Of a stretch of 64,000 bases of DNA, positions 62,401 through 64,000 are shown piece after piece (position 1 is the first letter of the stretch; every line of letters starts with the position of its first letter). The DNA lies in contig JAPDFW010000054.1 of the NCBI GenBank assembly GCA_028826165.1, forward strand, positions 372,001-436,000. The letters are read 5' to 3'. The DNA comes from Anaeramoeba ignava BMAN. Its lineage: Eukaryota; Protista; Anaeramoebae. The position numbers were made by a program, and so were the translations under genes. The notes under the pieces were generated by a model that was not told the origin of the DNA, did no database searches, and saw nothing but the letters and a program-made list of their open reading frames with translations.

Positions 62401-62927
62401 AGGAACCAAGAGCAGTTGCAAGATTTGGTTCCTGGCAAAAAGCAGATGCAGCAGCATTAGTAGCATTAACACTTCCAGGAATGAAATTTAGTTTTATGGG
62501 ACAATGGGACGGATATCACAACAAATTAGATATTCATTTACGACGAGCTGAATCTGAATCTGCAGTAGCTGATGTTCAAAGTTTCTATTCAAAATTTATA
62601 CCAATGATTTCAGAAGATGTTTTTTTAAAAGGAACTTATAGTTTAATTACAGGATGTGATAATAAAAATCAGTTATTGACTTGGAAATATTATCATGAAA
62701 ACCAAGACGGAACTTATGATAAGAGATTGTGTGTTATTAACTTCACTGGTTCAACAGCTTATGGTCATGTTGTTGTTTCTGATGCTTATGGAAAAGATGG
62801 AAGTGATAATATTGATATTACTGAATTATTCACTGGAACTGTTTATCAAAGATCTGCTAGTCAAATGAGAAGTGAAGGATTAACTGTTATCATTGATCCT
62901 TGGTTTGCTCAAATTTTCTCTTATTAA
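59402..62927 (+). CDS. GH13 alpha-amylase-family glycosidase with signal peptide, 9 exons
   Basis: Signal peptide MNFIFFFVFLIISLHLIQA; FEISTRPWL, VWMMGVWQ, GSPYAVVDY, LMLDFVPNH, DGMRCDMAML (nucleophile D), FLAEVY (acid/base E), FIENHDEPR; 8 GT-AG introns in frame. Confidence 0.93.
59986..60661 (+). repeat. Amylase intron of (TTTAATA)n-type units
   Basis: Seen directly. Confidence 0.88.
61565..62402 (+). repeat. Amylase intron of (AAAATT)n
   Basis: 838-nt intron splitting NHD|EPR. Confidence 0.93.
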
Positions 62928-63072
62928 TCAAATAATTCTTTAAAACTAAAACGGAAATTTTTTTTTTGATTGATTTTTTTTTTGATTGATTGAATTTTTT
63001 TTCAAAACAAAAAATTTTCATTCCAAAAAAATTATTTTCATTTTCTCATTTTTGATTCTTTTTTTTTTTTAA

Positions 63073-64000
63073 ATGGAAAACAAAAAACAAATTACAGAAA
63101 TTCAAAAAATTTGTTTAATTGGAGAAAAGAATTGTGGAAAATCAACTTTGGTTCATAAATTTTTAACTGGAAAATTTGAAGAACTTAGAGCAACAATTGG
63201 AGGTAAAATAAAATTTAATTCAAAAACAAAAAACAAAAACAAAAACAAATTTTATTTAATTAATTAATTAATTAATTATTTATTTATTTATTTAAAAAGG
63301 TTTTGCTCAAAGAAAAATACCTTTTGGTTCAATTGAAGTAATTTAGAAAAAAATTCAAAATCAATTTAAAATTTTTTTCAATTTTATTTTATGAAAGGTT
63401 GAAATTCAAATTTGGGATACTTATGATCAAGAAAGATTTGGAAAATTAGCTCCAATGTATTATCGTGGTGCAAGAGCTATTTTAGTTGTTTTTGATATTA
63501 CAAAATATGTAAAATTTGGAATGATATTTTTAAATTTTTTCATTCCAAAAAAAAAAGTGGAATTGATTTGATTTAAATATTATTTTTTTATATTCAATAT
63601 TTGATTAAAAGGATACTTTTTTGAAAGCTGATCAATGGCTTAAAGATTCAATTGAAAATAATTCAAATCCACATATAATTTTGATTGGAAATAAATCTGA
63701 TTTAGAATTTGAAAGGAAAGTAGAAACAACCGAAGCTGAAGAATATGCCAAAAAAGTTAATGCAATTTATTTTGAAACTTCATCAAAAAATGGTCAAAAT
63801 GTTAAAGAAATTTTTATTGAAGCAGGTATAATGATTAATTTTAGAATTGAATTAAAGTTTTTGGATTGATATAAAATTGATATAAAATTAATATAAAATT
63901 GATATAAAATTGATTTAGAATTGAATTAAAGTTTTTGGATTGATATAAAATTAATTTAAAATTGATTTAAAATTGATATAAAATTAATATAAAATTGATT
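63073..64000 (+). CDS. Divergent Rab5/21/22-like GTPase, 3'-truncated by the window edge
   Basis: Spliced: [56 protein letters not shown]; a fourth intron starts at about 63826 and runs off the window. Confidence 0.88.

Noticed and set aside
1-64000. Inteins, transposases, reverse transcriptases, tRNA/rRNA genes
   Set aside because: No Hint-domain termini (C...HN-C/S/T), LAGLIDADG, DDE or RT motifs, or GC-rich structured RNA recognised by eye; small ncRNAs cannot be excluded without Infernal/tRNAscan.
1-64000. Stop-codon reassignment or non-canonical (AT-AC, GC-AG) introns as the cause of fragmented ORFs
   Set aside because: The junctions checked resolve with in-frame GT-AG introns, and TAA, TAG and TGA all terminate genes.

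Overview
Very AT-rich, intron-rich eukaryotic (protist) DNA read with the standard genetic code; the ORF track fragments most genes because of spliceosomal GT-AG introns. I reconstruct 21 protein-coding genes: SPG11/spatacsin (5'-truncated), LRR-PP2C, two Ras paralogs, an F-box/TMEM185-like membrane protein, a minimal kinase, an ERp29-like protein, two tandem ankyrin-BTB paralogs, THOC6, CLEC16A, a short Rtf1/Plus3 protein, a WH2-like/alpha-beta hydrolase/SAM-hydroxide-adenosyltransferase-C fusion, TAF11, CYFIP, cytosolic MDH, RPC3, PP2A-A, a GH13 amylase and a divergent Rab (3'-truncated). Long introns and long spacers are filled almost entirely with locally expanded AT tandem repeats, mostly a different motif at each site. 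The style (ANK-BTB expansion, TCATTTT start motifs, repeat-bloated introns) suggests an Anaeramoeba-like metamonad; this is inference only. The most striking unexplained signal is a strong synonymous-site polarity: coding DNA just 3' of a long AT tract uses A(/C)-ending codons and coding DNA just 5' of a tract uses T(/G)-ending codons (Ras1 fourfold sites 32A:2T then 3A:35T). The polarity resets at long tracts rather than at gene starts. Also notable: hypervariable ankyrin-BTB paralogs, Inr-like promoter motifs, and signs of long-read consensus errors in repeats. No RNA genes, transposases, inteins or CRISPR arrays were recognised. All counts and splice models were made by hand.
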